NCBI GenBank assembly: GCA_002269645.1
Contig: NIVC01000596.1
Location: forward strand, 124,001-188,000
From: Macrostomum lignano
Lineage: Eukaryota
Direction: 5' to 3'
DNA length: 64,000 nt
Shown here: positions 62,870 through 64,000 of the stretch, in pieces
Position numbering within the stretch: position 1 is the stretch's first letter
Layout: each line of letters begins with the position of its first letter
Made by a program: the position numbers and the translations under genes
The notes under the pieces: generated by a model
What the model saw: only the letters and a program-made list of their open reading frames with translations
What the model was told of the DNA's origin: nothing
The model's database searches: none

Positions 62870-63152
62870 TCTACCATTGTACATACGGTTTTGTAATCTA
62901 AGGGCAAACCCTAACTCATACTGTTATGTGAGTTTGTGACATTGTGACAACCATGATGCAGGTCAACATTCAATTCTGTGTTGGAAGTCTGAAAGTCTGA
63001 AAAGTGTTCGAATTTTTAACTGATTCAAACTGCACTATCAATTTATTTAGTAAGTAATCCAAAATGAATGAAAATTGCAAGGTCAAGACCAATCAGTAAT
63101 TTTCCGAATTCGGAATGTCGATCAGAGTCAAGTAAAAGGGTGAATACTAAAA

Positions 63153-63378
63153 CAGGGATCGGCACACTCCGGCCCGCTTGATGTTTGTGTCTCTTCTCAG
63201 CTCTCAATTGTCTCATCTCTCTTCTCATCCCGGCCTCCTCTCCTCTCTCTCAGCTCTCCTCTCATCTCCTCCCCTAGCTCTCTCCTCTCCTCTCTCCCTC
63301 CTCTGGCCCGCAGTCGTGCGCTAGATTCTCAATCTGACCTACTAGCTTTGATCGAGGTAAAAATTTTGCCGACCCCTG
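63153..63378. mobile_element. hAT-type MITE (226 bp) with CT-rich interior
   Basis: TIR caggg(a/g)tcggca; 8-bp TSD tactaaaa/cactaaaa (7/8); subterminal cggcccgc. Related partial copies at ~51690-51910 and ~42200-42410. Confidence 0.8.
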
Positions 63379-64000
63379 CACTAAAAGCACAAGGCCGGCC
63401 ACATGTACCCATTGAGGGTGACGGGGCCTATACAACTAAACGATGATAGGGGGGGGGGGCAGAGAAAGAAGGAAGGAAGGCTAGTCGCATGAGGAAGGAA
63501 GCACAAGCTATATTGTTTGGCAAAAAAGTGACAAAATTGGACTTGGGAGGACTTGGGGATAATCATAGGGATTATTATGTCAAAAAGCTCATAAAGTAGA
63601 GTCGCTAATTATCCCCCCTGGAAATTGTTCTCCTCTATCCAAAGTCAATTTTCGGGGGCCAATGACAATTAAGCTCGAAGAATTACATCGTCGAAAAGCA
63701 TAATCAACCCCATCACAAGCTCGAGACTCACAAGCTCGAAAAGTAACATCGTCGAAAAGGTTAGCAACCACCATCATAAGCTCGAAAAATCAAATCGTCG
63801 AAACTTATTTAGCAAACACCATCACCATGTACAACCATCACCATGTACGGAAACCATGTACATTATATATTATCTACACAAAATTGACATCCTGCTGCTG
63901 TCGTCCTTTTTACACTGTATGTCGTATGTATCGTACACTGTATACATGTACATTCAGCTCGCCTCCCATGCTAAAGCCCAGGACCACGTGGAATAGTCTA

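Overview
Eukaryotic (metazoan) genomic DNA. The mix of GC-rich low-complexity exons, AT-rich 5' regions and minisatellite-filled introns resembles a flatworm such as Macrostomum; this species guess is inference only. Four genes were reconstructed exon by exon, each with consistent GT-AG phases and a CDS length divisible by 3: ZC3H14/Nab2 (-, 9857-19270); mitochondrial GPD2 (+, 21116-29537), which is in frame only after restoring one C at a 1-nt frameshift in exon 3; PSMC5/Rpt6 (+, 48207-54308); and a CAMK-group Ser/Thr kinase (-, 56171-61307). Less certain genes are a highly divergent WAVE/SCAR-homology-domain gene (-, <=630-8210), an orphan ORF (+, ~40962-41651) and a candidate multi-exon orphan (-, ~31.3-36.5 kb). 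Almost every internal intron carries its own tandem repeat. Mobile DNA includes a multi-layer nest at 43-47 kb (mariner remnant, maT-like transposase, a CCCAG-TIR element with a 2-bp TSD, and a Gypsy 3' end inside it). It also includes a GG-TIR element with an 8-bp TSD at the centre of an old foldback, a 5'-truncated LINE, a CORE-like SINE, mariner and hAT MITEs, and a possible Crypton-like remnant with a perfect 34-bp hairpin. No rRNA, bona fide tRNA or CRISPR was found. All homology calls rest on recalled motifs, not database searches.
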